The notes beneath the pieces are model-generated. The model saw only the letters and a program-made list of their open reading frames with translations. It did not search any database and was not told the origin of the DNA. Shown here piece by piece: positions 13,201-25,414 of a stretch of DNA of 64,000 nt. Every line of letters begins with the position of its first letter. The first letter of the stretch is position 1. The translations under genes and the position numbers were made by a program. Source of the DNA: Podarcis erhardii (taxonomy: Eukaryota); assembly GCA_964252035.1 (NCBI GenBank), contig OZ176205.1. One strand, given 5' to 3'.

Positions 13201-13706
13201 TCCCCACCACCACTACCACCAAGAAATGAAGTTAGGTTCTAGGGAAATAAGCACCAGGGGGCAGAAAAAAGAACAGACACATTTTGGGAGCAGAAGTATT
13301 TGCATATTGTGTAAACCTATATAGTACAGTGAAGCCAGCTTAGTATTTTCAGGTCACCAGGGAAGCACAAGACGTTGCCTCTGCCTTTACCAGAAAAACA
13401 TGATCGTCAGAAAACAGCACTTCTTTATAGCAGATGTCCAAAAAAGGGATGGCATGTCAAAGGAGCTGCCTGAAAAGGCAAATTCCTGCCCAGTCCAGCA
13501 CCATTCTGTATGTCTTTAGACAGAAAGCTCAAATGGTGGTGCAAGGAAACCAGAAGCTTGACAACTCCTCTCATGTACTTACTTGTGCTATCAATCGTCC
13601 TTCAAGCAATATTCTGGAGCCATGAAGTATGAATGAGTGGGAAGAAATGCAGTTATAAAAGTTTTGCCCAAAACTGCCATGAGATTTAAAATGCATACCT
13701 CATGAC

Positions 13707-13980
13707 TAGGGCTGTGCACAGGAAAAAAAATGGCCTTGGAACCCACCTCTCATTGGCTCGGACTGGGGGTTGCCTTGGCTTGGTGGCTTGGCTTAACATC
13801 GCAGTTCGCCTCGGATCCAAGGCAGAGGGTCGCCTCGCCTCATTTTCCGAAGCACCCGATGTCTTCCCCATTGACTACAAGGGGAAAATCAAGAAGACCT
13901 ATATTTTGGTAGAATTGGATGACATTTCCATTGTAGTCTATTCTGAGGGGATGAAGCCTACCAAACCGAGGGTGGTGGTT
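13707..13980. mobile_element. Possible truncated MITE fragment
   Basis: Starts tagggctgtgcac, is locally CpG-rich and has a hairpin ttcccc-attgactacaa-ggggaa. No matching right TIR found. Confidence 0.3.
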
Positions 13981-14605
13981 CTTTTTTTTTTTAAAAAAAA
14001 AAAAAGAGGTGTCATGCCTGTCTCTGTGGTTTTGTGGGTGTAGAGGTGCCCTTGCACCAAAGTCACAGGAAGTGGAAAGCTGAAGAAGAAAGGGCTGATG
14101 TGAGCATGAGGCAAAACTTGCATGTGTAGCATTCCAAGTGAGCAGCAAGGCCCACAACACCCCCACCCCCAGTCCTGGCATAAGAGGAAGGTAGGAAGAG
14201 AAACAGCAATGCATGCACCTTTACCAGCAAGCCTGATAAGAGGAAGGCAGGCAAGGGGGCTAGCAGACACTTCTGGAGACAGTGAGAAAGAGACAGAGGA
14301 AGGAGCAAGGTGCATGCCTTCACAAGGCACATTCCTCGAATCAGTATGGAGACACCATGCTGGAGCAGAGTGACTGCTTCGAGTTCGAAGCTGACATAGT
14401 GACTGAAAGAATGGCAGGCAGAGGCAGCAGAAGACAAAGGGAACACTGAGTTTAAATATTGATGTCTGTAAGACCTGGCATGTTCAGTGTGCCAATCGCC
14501 AAGCCCCACAAAACAATTATTGCATGAGGTAGAAAATATTCCAACAACTAGAGCATATATGCTGGGACCTGCACCAGTGCAGACTGTGCTGGAGCTAACA
14601 CTTAC

Positions 14606-14713
14606 CTCCCTGCCCCAAGCACCTAACACTGCTTGGGTTTCCTGGCAGTGATGCTGCTGAAGTCACCAGCCTCCCCACAACGTTTTCACTTACAGGCCTA
14701 TCCAGCAATGAAA
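14606..14713 (-). other. Candidate cassette exon (108 nt, or 20 nt with the internal donor) removing the leucine zipper
   Basis: Acceptor (ctctg)n-ctcctttcctgttacag| and two gtaagt donors at 14688-14693 and 14600-14605. Phase-0 reading is FHCWIGL*. No transcript support. Confidence 0.4.
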
Positions 14714-16699
14714 CTGTAACAGGAAAGGAGCAGAGCAGAGCAGAGCAGCTGTTTGGCTCCCAACATGCTACAGTGCTGTTGTCACTGGATAAGCCAGCAA
14801 GTGAATTGCGGTGGGAGAATAGTAGCCCATTACATTGTGGCTGCTGCTGTTGCTGCACATACATCCTGACTTGTGAACATGAGGGGGAAAGATGCAAAAA
14901 GGGTATTCTCCACCCCAAATCTAGAGTGGAGTCTGTCAGAGAAAGAATCAACAAGCTGAAACGCCTTTACCAAGTGCACTAGAGAAATGCAGCAACATTT
15001 CCTTTGCTGGGATGCTCAGGTGGGGAATTCTTCCTATATCCCTCCCAAAAGTACTGTGATTGGAAGGAAAAGGAGGAGCCTGGTAAAATTTCCTAACTGG
15101 AAGCTAGAGTGCTCAGTTGTAAAACTCCTCTTCTGCCTGCTTGCCTGCCTCCTCACTTGCCTGTCATCTTCTATTGATAAAGAGATTGAGGAAGGTTACA
15201 AAATTATATCAAACACATTTGAAGCCCTCTGAGGTGATTCCAATGACTTGGGTGCCCACCTCAGATCCCAAGGGGGTCCCAGAGGTGGGGATCCTCAGCA
15301 TAGATGAGGCACAAGTCTGAGGTGAATGCACATCTCCACTTATGACTTTTTTATACAAGTGTCAGCTGCACATTTTGACCTGCACAGTGTTTCAAAGTAA
15401 AAGAGAATCTGTATACCAAAGTGAATTTTATTTAACTTTAGCAGGAATGATTCTGCGAGATACTATAACCAGTGGAAGGCAAAAGTAAGTCTGACCCACT
15501 AGGCATTTTATATTTCAAGGCCAGAGACCTTAATGTATTACTGGCAGAAACAAAGCATACAAGCCTTAGTTACAATCAAACTGTGTACAGACACACAGAG
15601 TGAACAGTCTGCTTGTAACAGTAAGCCAAACCATAGCTAAATGTGGATAAGCAAGTGTGCAGGGACACAGAGCAAAAATCACCACCACTTCTTTCCACTC
15701 CTGCTTCTGTTGGTGCCACACTACCTGGAACTAAGCTGTTGTTTGGCTTAGTGTTACGTCTGAACGCAGGCTCACAGGTTGTTTTCTGCAAACAAACCAT
15801 GCACGGTAAGCCAAGAGGAACCTTGGCAACAGCTTGTGGTTTGTTTGGAGACATGGAAAAACTATAACTGACTGCATTTTCCCAGACAATGTACAGGCAG
15901 TGGCTTCTCTATGTCCATATTGCAATTTTACATGCAGGTGCTGTGCAATAACGGAATCTGTTGTATCTGTTTTCTTTTACCATTCATAACATTTACTAAT
16001 AGTTTTTCCATTTAGAAACCTAAAGCATTGGATGCATTTATACAGTAAGAACTAGTTTGGCAAAGACATGGTTTTTGGCATGTTGCAGCAGTGGGTGCTT
16101 CTCTTAGGCAGCAATCATATATTACACACAAGTAATCCCAGCTGAGCTCAGTGGGACCAACTTCTGAGTAGACATGCACAGTACTGCGTGGCCAGGGCTT
16201 GTGTCCACTTTTGCCTCTTACCCCTATGGCAAGAGCACCAAGAAAAAAAATCCCTTCTTTCATCAGGAAAAGCCACTCTCCAAATTGTGTCTGAAGTGAT
16301 GTCACTAAAGCAGGGGTGAACTTCTGTATACTCGGTGGCCACTGTATTTCTAACAGTTGGCTGGGGACTGAGAGCACACGTTGCTACATAAACTGATACC
16401 CTCACCCTGCTTCATAATAAAATGGTATCACCCTAAAGGAGTAAGAGCCTCAGAGTTATGAAGCATACAAACTCAGGAGGCATTTGCAAGGCACTGCATA
16501 CAAAATTCAAGAGAAAATGCAACATGAAACCGGAATGTTTATCTTGCAAGCTGGGAAACATTTCTATTTCCTGTGCAGGTGAAGTTTTGGGCAGACTTTT
16601 TAGCACACTTTAAATTTTGGTATATCCACCAACTCCCTGTCACCCAGCTCTACCTGATCAACTAATCCCCAAGAAGGCTGTGAAAGTCCTGAACCATTG

Positions 16700-17923
16700 C
16701 CTGGATGCAGAGATGGATTGATGTGGGCAACAAACAGGCTCAATCCAAGCAAGACCAATGGTTCTTGTAGTCAGCAATCTTATCTGGACTACAGTCTGCT
16801 TTGGATGGGGATGTACTCTCTCCCACAACTTGTATGCTTTAATGGATTGGGCATTGGTCCTCGATTATCCTATTTGCTGCTATTGCTAGGAATGCCTTTG
16901 ACTGGTGCACTGGCTGTGCCCCTTCCTGCAGAAGATGGATCTAGCTATAGTGATGCATGCTTCAACCAGTTGCCATTTAGTTACTGCAGCATGAACTGTG
17001 TGGGGCTGCTGGGTTTGGAAACTGTAAAAGGTAAAGGTAAAGGTACCCCTGCTCATACGGGCCAGTCTTGACAGACTCTAGGGTTGTGTGCTCATCTCAC
17101 TCTAGAGGCCGGGAGCCAGCGCTGTCCGCAGACACTTCCGGGTCACGTGGCCAGCGTGACGAAGCTGCTCTGGCGAACCGGCACCAGAGCAGCACACGGA
17201 AACGGCGTTTACCTTCCCGCTATACAGCGGTACCTATTTATCTACTTGCACTTAGGGGTGCTTTCGAACTGCTAGGTGGGCAGGAGCTGGGACCGAACGA
17301 CGGGAGCTCACCTAGCCGCGGAGATTCGAACCGCCAACCATGCGATTGGCAAGTCCTAGGCACTGAGGTTTTATCCACAGCGCCACCCGCGTCCCAGTTT
17401 GGAAACTGTAGCTGGTGCAAAATACTGCAGCCAAATTGCTTTCTGATGTGCACGGCACAGACCACATTCACTATGTTTTATACCAACTGCATTGGCTTCT
17501 GATATGCTTCTGGACACAAATCAAGGTGCTAACCTCTAAATCCTTAGATGACTTGAGGCCAGGATATCTGAAAAGCCATCTCTTCCCATAGGAGTGTACA
17601 ATCATCTTCTAAGGCCATGCGGCATGGTTCCACTGCCTAAAGAGGTGGCTACAAGACAGGGCCTTTTTTGTGGCAGTAACAGAACGGTGGCCCTCTCACC
17701 CAAGGGAGGTAAAAATGGCTTCTCTCTACTTATTTTCAGGGGGGCAGTAAAACGGTTTCCATTCTGCATGGCTCTGAATTTTTAGTATGCAGAAGTTTTA
17801 ATGTGTTTTCTTATCTGTTCTTAATCTGGTTTATAGCCTAAATCTGTTTTTGTTTCTGAATACCATCATGAGAGCCCTTTAGGGATGAAAGGCGGCTTAT
17901 AAATATTTTTATGAATAAATAAA
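16700..17923 (+). mobile_element. Degraded L2-like LINE 3' fragment interrupted by a Sauria SINE
   Basis: Residual peptides MWATNRLNPSKT and KL*LVQNTAAKLL resemble the L2 motifs WMxxNKLKLNPDKTE and KLQLVQNAAARLL. The tail is ggcggcttataaat...aataaataaa. Confidence 0.65.
17027..17395 (-). mobile_element. Sauria SINE, full length
   Basis: tRNA-like head GGGACGCGGGTGGCGCTGTGG and (ACCTTT)n tail on the minus strand. 14-bp TSD gtttggaaactgta at 17013-17026 and 17397-17410. Confidence 0.92.
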
Positions 17924-18124
17924 TTCCCAATAGCTAGTAGTGGTGTGCATGCATGAATGGTTAATCTAAGACCAACATTTTAACAATGACTTACACTATT
18001 CTAATATTTTCTGAGGGGCACCTGTTAATCTGTTGCAGCAAAAAACCCCAGCAGAGTCACGTGACAATCCAAAATTATGCTACTATGTACAGAAGGCGGA
18101 AAATCAATGAAGAATTGTTCATAC

Positions 18125-18175
18125 CTTCATCTCCTCTTCCATTTCTGAGAGCTTCCGCTCCAGAGCTCGTTTCTC
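18125..18175 (-). CDS. PPP1R12B: PPP1R12B exon EKRALERKLSEMEEEMK
   Basis: tttaaacag|GAG...AAG|gtatga, 51 nt, phase 0/0. Confidence 0.96.
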
Positions 18176-19993
18176 CTGTTTAAAAAATATTTTCACAATT
18201 ACCATTTTTTGTGTAATTTTTCTACATGAAATACAGCTATGGCTGTATTTCCTTCAGTGAAGAAAAATGTATCATTAATAGCATTAATAAGGTTGTCAAA
18301 CATCTCAAGACCTACACTAAGAACAAACAATGTCAAAAAAACCTCTTCTTCGTGTGTTCCCACAGCTCATCTCTAACCTCTGCACCAGGGATAGGGGAAC
18401 AGATGTTTTTGAACTTCAACTCCCTTAGCCCTAGAGAGCATGGCCAATGGTCAGGGATGAGAGGAGTTGTAATCCAGAATCTTAAGGGTCACCTGTGCTC
18501 TATACAGGCCCTTTTACTGTTTCCTCCTGCAGCTCTAGTCTAGCCACAACTACCTATCAGCTCCTTTCACCTAACAGACAATCAATTGTCTTGTAATTAG
18601 CTTGATAGGAGCCAGTGGGGTCATTGAAAAGAGCTCAGTTTTCAGTCCCAGCCTATGGATAGTGGACAGTTTGAATTGCATCCTGAGGATACTTAATTTA
18701 ACTAGTTTGAAAGCTGCGTACTGGACGTACCATTTCCCAAACGAACAAAACTGGCATAGCGTCATCTTACTATAGCAGATAGAAGGTGTGCCAAGTTACT
18801 CTCTCTTATTTATCCTCTGGCTGAGAGTTCCAAGTGCAAAGAAAAAACCTCTTTAAAAAGAACACACACACCATACTGGAAAGCGTTAGACAAGAAGGCG
18901 AGAATCAATGGCATTGAGCCAAGATGGCTACAGGAAACCTCTATGTTCCAAGGCAAGAGGCACTGAATACCAGTTGTTGGTGGATAATAACAAGGAGCAA
19001 TTGCTTTCAAGGCAGTAGCACACCTGATCCACTTTGCTGCTAAGTACCAAGATGAAAAACGGGAGTGGGGAGGTGATTGTAAGGTTGGTCCAGTGCAAAC
19101 ACACCAACGAAGCCAACCCAATGCTCCTGTTGGCTTTGTTGCCACCTCCCTCTCAGTTTGCAGCAGCAATGCATGCAACCAGAAGCCAGGTGAGTGCTGC
19201 TTTCACTATTGGCCACCAAGGACTCCAACTTCAATTGTACCTTTCATCCTACATCTTACACAGCTCCGTTTTAGGGTCTCCGTTAAAAAAAACAAACCCA
19301 AATGCAATATTTTCAGGAAAAAACAAGAAAATAATAAACAAAATCAAAACGGGGCCCTGAAACCACAAACGATTTACTGTTTTCCAAGGAAAGTATTTGG
19401 AAGGTATTTTAAGAACTTACATGCCAATAAGCCCAAGAAGAAACAGAGCTTTGTATTGGATAAAAGGAATTCAGTAGCACAAACATAATATGCTTACGTA
19501 CTAAGCTTGTTATGTGTTCATCTTTAGATTTAAACTTTGCTGGAATTTAAGTATTTTTGGTACTCATCTTCGTAAGAAACTTGCACATTTTAAATAATTG
19601 TAACACAATGAGTTAGCGTATTTTGTTAACTTATGATAAAATTGACTCTATTTGATCTCATGTTTTCAAAATATAACCACAATCAATGGAACGTCTCTAA
19701 TCAACTATATGACATCAACAGCCATGCTAGAACAGTAAGTTCTGGGCTTCATTAGTGGTGATTTATCAAACTGTGTATCTTATTATGCCAGGATGCCGAA
19801 ATGAACAGTTTTATAGTTAACAAAAATGCTGTAAACAAGTATGAGAAGCCAAGGAGATCAGGATTACCCAAGGATTCTTGAAGGAGGAACAGAATCAGCT
19901 TCCTGTAGTGATATTTCTCTTTTAAAATGAGTATGCATTCTAAAACCATGCTAAGTTTTAAGTAAGTGGACACCAAAATGCAGAAACACATAC

Positions 19994-20047
19994 CCTCTTT
20001 TCCATCTCAAGCATACTCGAACGGTCAGAGGTTTTTTCTTGCTTCTG
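19994..20047 (-). CDS. PPP1R12B: PPP1R12B exon QKQEKTSDRSSMLEMEKR
   Basis: catttcaatag|CAG...AGG|gtatgt, 54 nt, phase 0/0. Confidence 0.96.
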
Positions 20048-20298
20048 CTATTGAAATGAAAAACCAAAGTTATCACAAAAGCAGAAAGTATTACAAAGAA
20101 ATCCTTTCCAAATAAAATCAGAATTCTTATGAAACCAAGTGATATAACATTACAGCACAACTGCTTCTATTTTATCATTTGTCTGAGAAGCAGTGATAGC
20201 TCTCCTCAAATGCTATTAACTCCTTATCACCAGGGCCAAACATCTGTTTCCATCTGGCTGCAATCCCAGTACACCCCTTGTTTCCTAGGTCTCTTCAC

Positions 20299-20403
20299 CT
20301 GGGCTATTTTGTCAATTTTTGTCTTGATATCGACAAGCTCCAACTGAGCATCTTGCAGTTTTGATTTCAGCTTTTGATTTTCAGACAGGGCACTTTCATA
20401 GAG
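20299..20403 (-). CDS. PPP1R12B: PPP1R12B exon LYESALSENQKLKSKLQDAQLELVDIKTKIDKIAQ (coiled coil)
   Basis: tttttctatccag|CTC...CAG|gtgaag, 105 nt, phase 0/0. Confidence 0.96.
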
Positions 20404-21627
20404 CTGGATAGAAAAAAAGAGAAGTGGAGTTAACTCACGGTATCATCTACTGAAACATCAACAGTCATATAATGCAATTAAATAGATGCCCATCCTGCTG
20501 CTTTCAGATCCTGGAGACCAGATTTTACCGCAGCCGTACTAACTGTAACTCATTATCATCAGGTATCTTCTCCTATTTATTGTAGAATAGGAAGTTAAAC
20601 AAACAATGCAGAAAAATTCTCATGCAAACTCCTGCATATATTTACTTTAAAAACATCAACTCTCTTCCAGTGGAACCCTAGTGCTCCTTGGAAACTTATC
20701 AGGTATTTCTGAATTAGAAGACTGGTAATGGCAAACAGGTTTCCCTAAAAGAAGCTGAACAACTGATCCTGCCTGGTCTTAAGAGAGATCTAATCATTAT
20801 TCCAGAGTACATCCTTTCCGTTCATGTGAAATGAAAGCAAGCTCCAATAGCGCTCCATAGAAGAACCTGAAAATATGCCACACACAAGGATTCCATGTAG
20901 GCAAATCCACCAAGGAAAGGGTCGCCTAAATGTGTGAATGCCACTACTCCGTTAACTCAATGAATCCTAATCTGAAATGATGCACAGCACTCCGTTCAGG
21001 TCACTCCTACTGCCTTTCAACTATTACTACTAGCATTAAAGCAGATCTTGTGTGGAAACTGCTACAAATAGAAGCAAATCCGTTCCTGCTCCAGCACCAA
21101 CTCAACAAGCAATTGCACCAGGTGGCACTGTGCACTTTCTGCTCCGTAACATGCAAAACGGCAGAACATATTTTAGCAGCTGAAATAATGGTGATCTTCC
21201 AAGTGACCTATTCAGAAAGTTGGATGTTTTCTAAGACACTTCCCAGAGATCTGTACACCATCTCAAGTTTTATAGTGCAACAAATCCACATTTTACGGGC
21301 GCGAAAGATTGGTGACCTGCCCAAGGCTGCTCAGCCCACCTATGGAAGAGGCAGTGGGTAGAAACACAAATGTACCAGTGCCAAGTCCTGCTGAATGCTC
21401 TTAATTCTCCTCATCCAACTTGCTCTCTCAGTGGATGCTTATTTGTCTTTAGCAGGCTCTTTGTTGGGACTATGCTGTATTGTCATTTGTGCATATATAT
21501 TTTTGTTGTTTTTCTCTTCTTTTCCAACAGAGTCTAGCTTTACGTGAAATTGCTGCTTATTTGATTAAAGAGGGGTGGGGGTGGGGAAGAAAGAAGGCCC
21601 GAAGGCCTGTCCATTTCAATTACTCAC

Positions 21628-21772
21628 TCTTTTATAATCCTTGCTACTGTCATCCTCTGTCCTGCTGCTGAGAGCAGCCAGGCGATTCTCTCTTCTAGTG
21701 TAGGCACTGCGACCAGAGGGACGGTCCCCGTAGGCATCGCTGGTGCCAGTACTTGAACTTGCTGCGTCCAAC
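21628..21772 (-). CDS. PPP1R12B: PPP1R12B exon (R)LDAASSSTGTSDAYGDRPSGRSAYTRRENRLAALSSRTEDDSSKDYKR
   Basis: gatgccag|G...AGA|gtgagt, 145 nt, phase 2/0. The ORF track shows a different frame here. Confidence 0.94.
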
Positions 21773-22174
21773 CTGGCATCAAACATGATATAAAAACAGC
21801 TTCACTCACTTTAAGACCACTTACAGACCTGTATCATTCTCAATCACTATTTTTCAAAGGAGAGTTGCAGAGAGATACCCTATTATATGTGACAAAAAAG
21901 TGTTCCCCAATAAATACTTTCCTCTAACTCAAATGTGTGGGAAAGAGAAAGGGGGCGGAATCTGCAAGTAAATAGAAAAACATTTATATTCTTTTGCTGA
22001 TCACTGTTACAACAAACTTGGTTTGGGGAAAGGAAAGCGAGGGGTGCCTACTAAGTCACTGACAGGTTATCAGGATTCCTGATTCTAGCTTCATAAGCTG
22101 TTTAGAGAAAAATGCTGGGAAGAAACATATAGAAATGTATGCTTTAAGAAAAGCAGACATTCTGAATAGCTTAC

Positions 22175-22191
22175 CTGGAAAGCCTCTCATG
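22175..22191 (-). CDS. PPP1R12B: PPP1R12B 17-nt micro-exon HERLS(R)
   Basis: cttatag|CATGAGAGGCTTTCCAG|gtaagc, phase 0/2. Exactly bridges the flanking exon phases. Confidence 0.92.
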
Positions 22192-22479
22192 CTATAAGAG
22201 GGAGAAAAAAGAAAACACAATTAGCAACAAAACAAAGATACCAGTGTTAACAGCTACTGAAGCCTGACAATTGGGTGAACGCGATTGACAAGTGACTGCA
22301 CCATAAATCCAATGGTGTGAAATTGCTGCACCTTGTCTATAGGTTCATCTGAACCAACTTAAATAAATTGAAAAACATTCAAGGCCAAGGGAAAATCTTG
22401 TTGTAAATATACATACAATCTCCATAATTTTTTTACACACAGTTTACATGAAGGGGACCTTTATTACTGTCCTACACTA

Positions 22480-22481
<2 letters not shown>

Positions 22482-22513
<32 letters not shown>
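22482..22513. repeat. (GT)16 microsatellite
   Basis: Read directly from sequence. Confidence 0.95.
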
Positions 22514-22515
<2 letters not shown>

Positions 22516-22716
22516 TAATATATGTGATATATAAAAACTGATATATGTGAAGTTCTGTTCTGAAGAATTGCATGTATTGTGAATTAAAGCCATTTCATGA
22601 AGATGAGCTCTCATCATCCTTACATGGATAAATGCAATAAGTGGATTCATATTCATCCAAGTAATCCACACAATAAGGGTGAGTGGGACATTCATAACTA
22701 GACATACACACTATTT

Positions 22717-22717
<1 letters not shown>

Positions 22718-22771
<54 letters not shown>

Positions 22772-22850
22772 CCCGCCCATCTGGCTGGCTTGCAACATAT
22801 CTAAAAACATAATAAAAACATAAATCCTGACAATCTTCCATAAACAGGGC
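22718..22850 (-). repeat. (TAA)~17 microsatellite forming the tail of a short L2-type 3' fragment
   Basis: The TAA run 22718-22770 is followed by ccccgcccatctggctgg, similar to the fragment near 43173. Confidence 0.7.
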
Positions 22851-23315
22851 TGCAATATCAAAGCTAACAGAAGAAGTGTGTGCCTCAGAACCTGTCCAAA
22901 GATGAGAAAAACAAAACTGTGTCAGAAGCAGCAACTTCTACACATGGCATCCAGGGTTCCAAAGGATTTGGTGAAAGGGTTTGAAATGTTTGTGTAATAG
23001 CAGTTTTGTGACTTGACAGATGGGGAAATATATCTATACTGTTCGGAAATGAGTTGTTGTGAGTGCAGAAGCATCCATCACGGCTATCAGACTTGCATCT
23101 GATCCAAAGGTTAGAGTTGTCAAACTAGCATCTTTAGTGTCCCATTGATTATACTCTGGAAGCACTATACTCAGAATACTTAGCAATGCCTATAAATAGC
23201 TTGTTTCCCTTCTTACTTAGGTCTGTGAGTTTACATATTTATTAGTCTAATGTTAATAGAGGTTTGTGATTGATTAGGTTCCATGTGAGAGCATGATCCA
23301 AATCTTAATTGAATG

Positions 23316-23484
23316 CCGTATTTTTCGCTCTATAACACGCACCCGACCATAACACGCACGTAGTTTTTAGAGGAGGAAAATCCGTAGGCATGCCACCCGT
23401 AGGCATTTCCTCCATAACACGCACAGACATTTCCCCTTACTTTCTAGGAGGAAAAAAGTGAGTGTTATGGTGCAAAAAATACGG
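23316..23484. mobile_element. Tc1/mariner-type MITE (about 170 bp)
   Basis: TIRs ccgtatttttcgc... and ...gcaaaaaatacgg. TA follows the right end; the left TA is altered to TG. Confidence 0.7.
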
Positions 23485-25414
23485 TAATTCCATTAGAACT
23501 CGGGAAGGGAAGGGGTGAACCTTGGTTTTGTCTTCTTGGTTTACATTCCCACAACCACAATGCTGAGATTTGTGAACACAGCCTGATGCATTCACTTGAC
23601 TTATTTGTTAGAGTGTTGTTACATTTTGAAATAATTTAGTATTTGATTGCTATAATGACACATTAAATAACATTTTTGCTGTTCTGTTGTGAGCAGCTTT
23701 GAGCACATTCATAGGGAAAAGCAACAGACAAATTTAAACAATAAAATAATAAATACTCTTCTCTGAGGCGGGTCATTATTTTTTCTATTTTGCATACTGG
23801 GAAATTTGAAGCCGAGGCACAACTTGCTCATGGTTTCCTCACGAGTCTGACCGAAAAAGCTGTTTGAACCAGATATCCTAAGTTCAGTATCACCATTCGT
23901 CCATATTGGGCCATAGTAACTCTTAGGACCATCATAAAATACTCCTAATTTAGAAGTTAAATCTAGTTTTACAGACACTTCTAAAGATTGTATTTCTTTT
24001 AACTAGCAATTAATTCTGAAAGTCCCCAAATTCTAGGAAGTAATTTGCTTCCTAGAAATTCACACTGTAGTACAGAAGCCTGCTTCCTATTGTCTACTTA
24101 TTGGTCCAAAGTATTCATTTATCACCACTTTCCCGGTCTGAAGACTGCAAAATAGTCACTCATGTCAAAATTCATTTAGCACATTGCATATTCATCTGCT
24201 AATCTCTTTTAATGACAGCTTTTCATACTAAGTCAAATTTGTAGACCTAATCCACTATATTTTAAGATTAGCAAGTACTACAACCTAAATATTTATGTTT
24301 TAGAACATGAAGAAACTCTTCAAACAGGCAAGAGAGGAGAAACAGGGATGTATATGATAGAAATACATACATGCGTGTTACATTGCCGATTTGTGGGCAA
24401 GGGGAGGACTGTTTCGTACAAATTTTAGTGAAGTACACCATGTATTCAAATAAAAGTGTGTCATGTATGAATCGCTTCTAGCAAAATGAAAACCATAACC
24501 TGCAATTTCAATGATGTCTAACTGAGACAATATATGGAATCTTTATCCCAACAGAATCGCACCGGACCTTTGTCCAATTTCTGAGCATTCTAAGTGAAAA
24601 CACTGTGGGGATAAAATGACAATTTTATGTCATAAAATGACATTCTACCAGTTCAGACATGGTGTATGTAAAAGGTAAAATAAGACCAGGCAGAACCCAG
24701 GAAACAGAATGTAATAATAATAATAATAAATTTTAAGCTAAAGGATATAATTCTAACCACACTTTCTTGGAAGCAAGTTCCACTGAAGCAGTGGGACTTG
24801 TAACTGATGCATTGTCGAGTTACCCAAGTGAATAAAAACTTAACAAGTTACAGGAAGTGATTTGACATTTCAGATGTTGCTCCTTGGAAAGCTTAGACCT
24901 TTTCCAGTACTTGGAATCCTTGGACACACTTGGTCTATTTGTATCCCACATAAACCAAGATGATTAAGTTTATGAAAACTAAGGTTGGGACAAAAGCGAA
25001 CTTTCTCTGAGCAGCTGTGTTATGAATTTATTTAGAAAGCAAAGCCAACTCTTGACATTACTGCAGCTGTTGGTAATGGCTACATTTTAATCAAGGTTCC
25101 TAAGCAGTTCACATCATGAGGCCAGTACAACTGGCTACAAGCTTTCTTGGGAGAGAGGAAAAAAAGATTGGCAAATGTTTTTTCCCCCTCTTGAGATGAG
25201 AAAAGAAACTCATTTCCTACTTCTTGAAGAAACTCACATTTAACAAATCCCAGCAAGAGCAACTGATATGAATACCACCCCGTATAAACAACGTATGGAG
25301 CTCAATTTCTCTCTCTCTCTTGAATAAACTTAGGTAAAATGTACTACATAAAGAGACATATGTGCAAACTACACTTTATGTGAATTTTAGAAATTAGAAT
25401 TACATCATAAAGAC

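Noticed and set aside
13686-14954. Dense cluster of overlapping ORFs suggesting a nested gene
   Set aside because: No homology recognised. Explained by a GC-rich repeat fragment and purine/pyrimidine skew. Only the splice-site-defined candidate exon was kept.
17068-17502. Recurring ORFs in SINE copies (also 39442, 47995, 59692)
   Set aside because: They arise from shared GC-rich Sauria SINE sequence, not from paralogous genes.
20438-20575. Exon-like segment with gtgag donor and cag acceptor
   Set aside because: All three frames hit stops and no MYPT2 residues are missing between the flanking exons.
22595-22934. Poly-Leu, poly-Ile, poly-Lys (33717) and poly-Val/Thr (39947-40163) ORFs
   Set aside because: Translations of trinucleotide microsatellites at retroelement tails.
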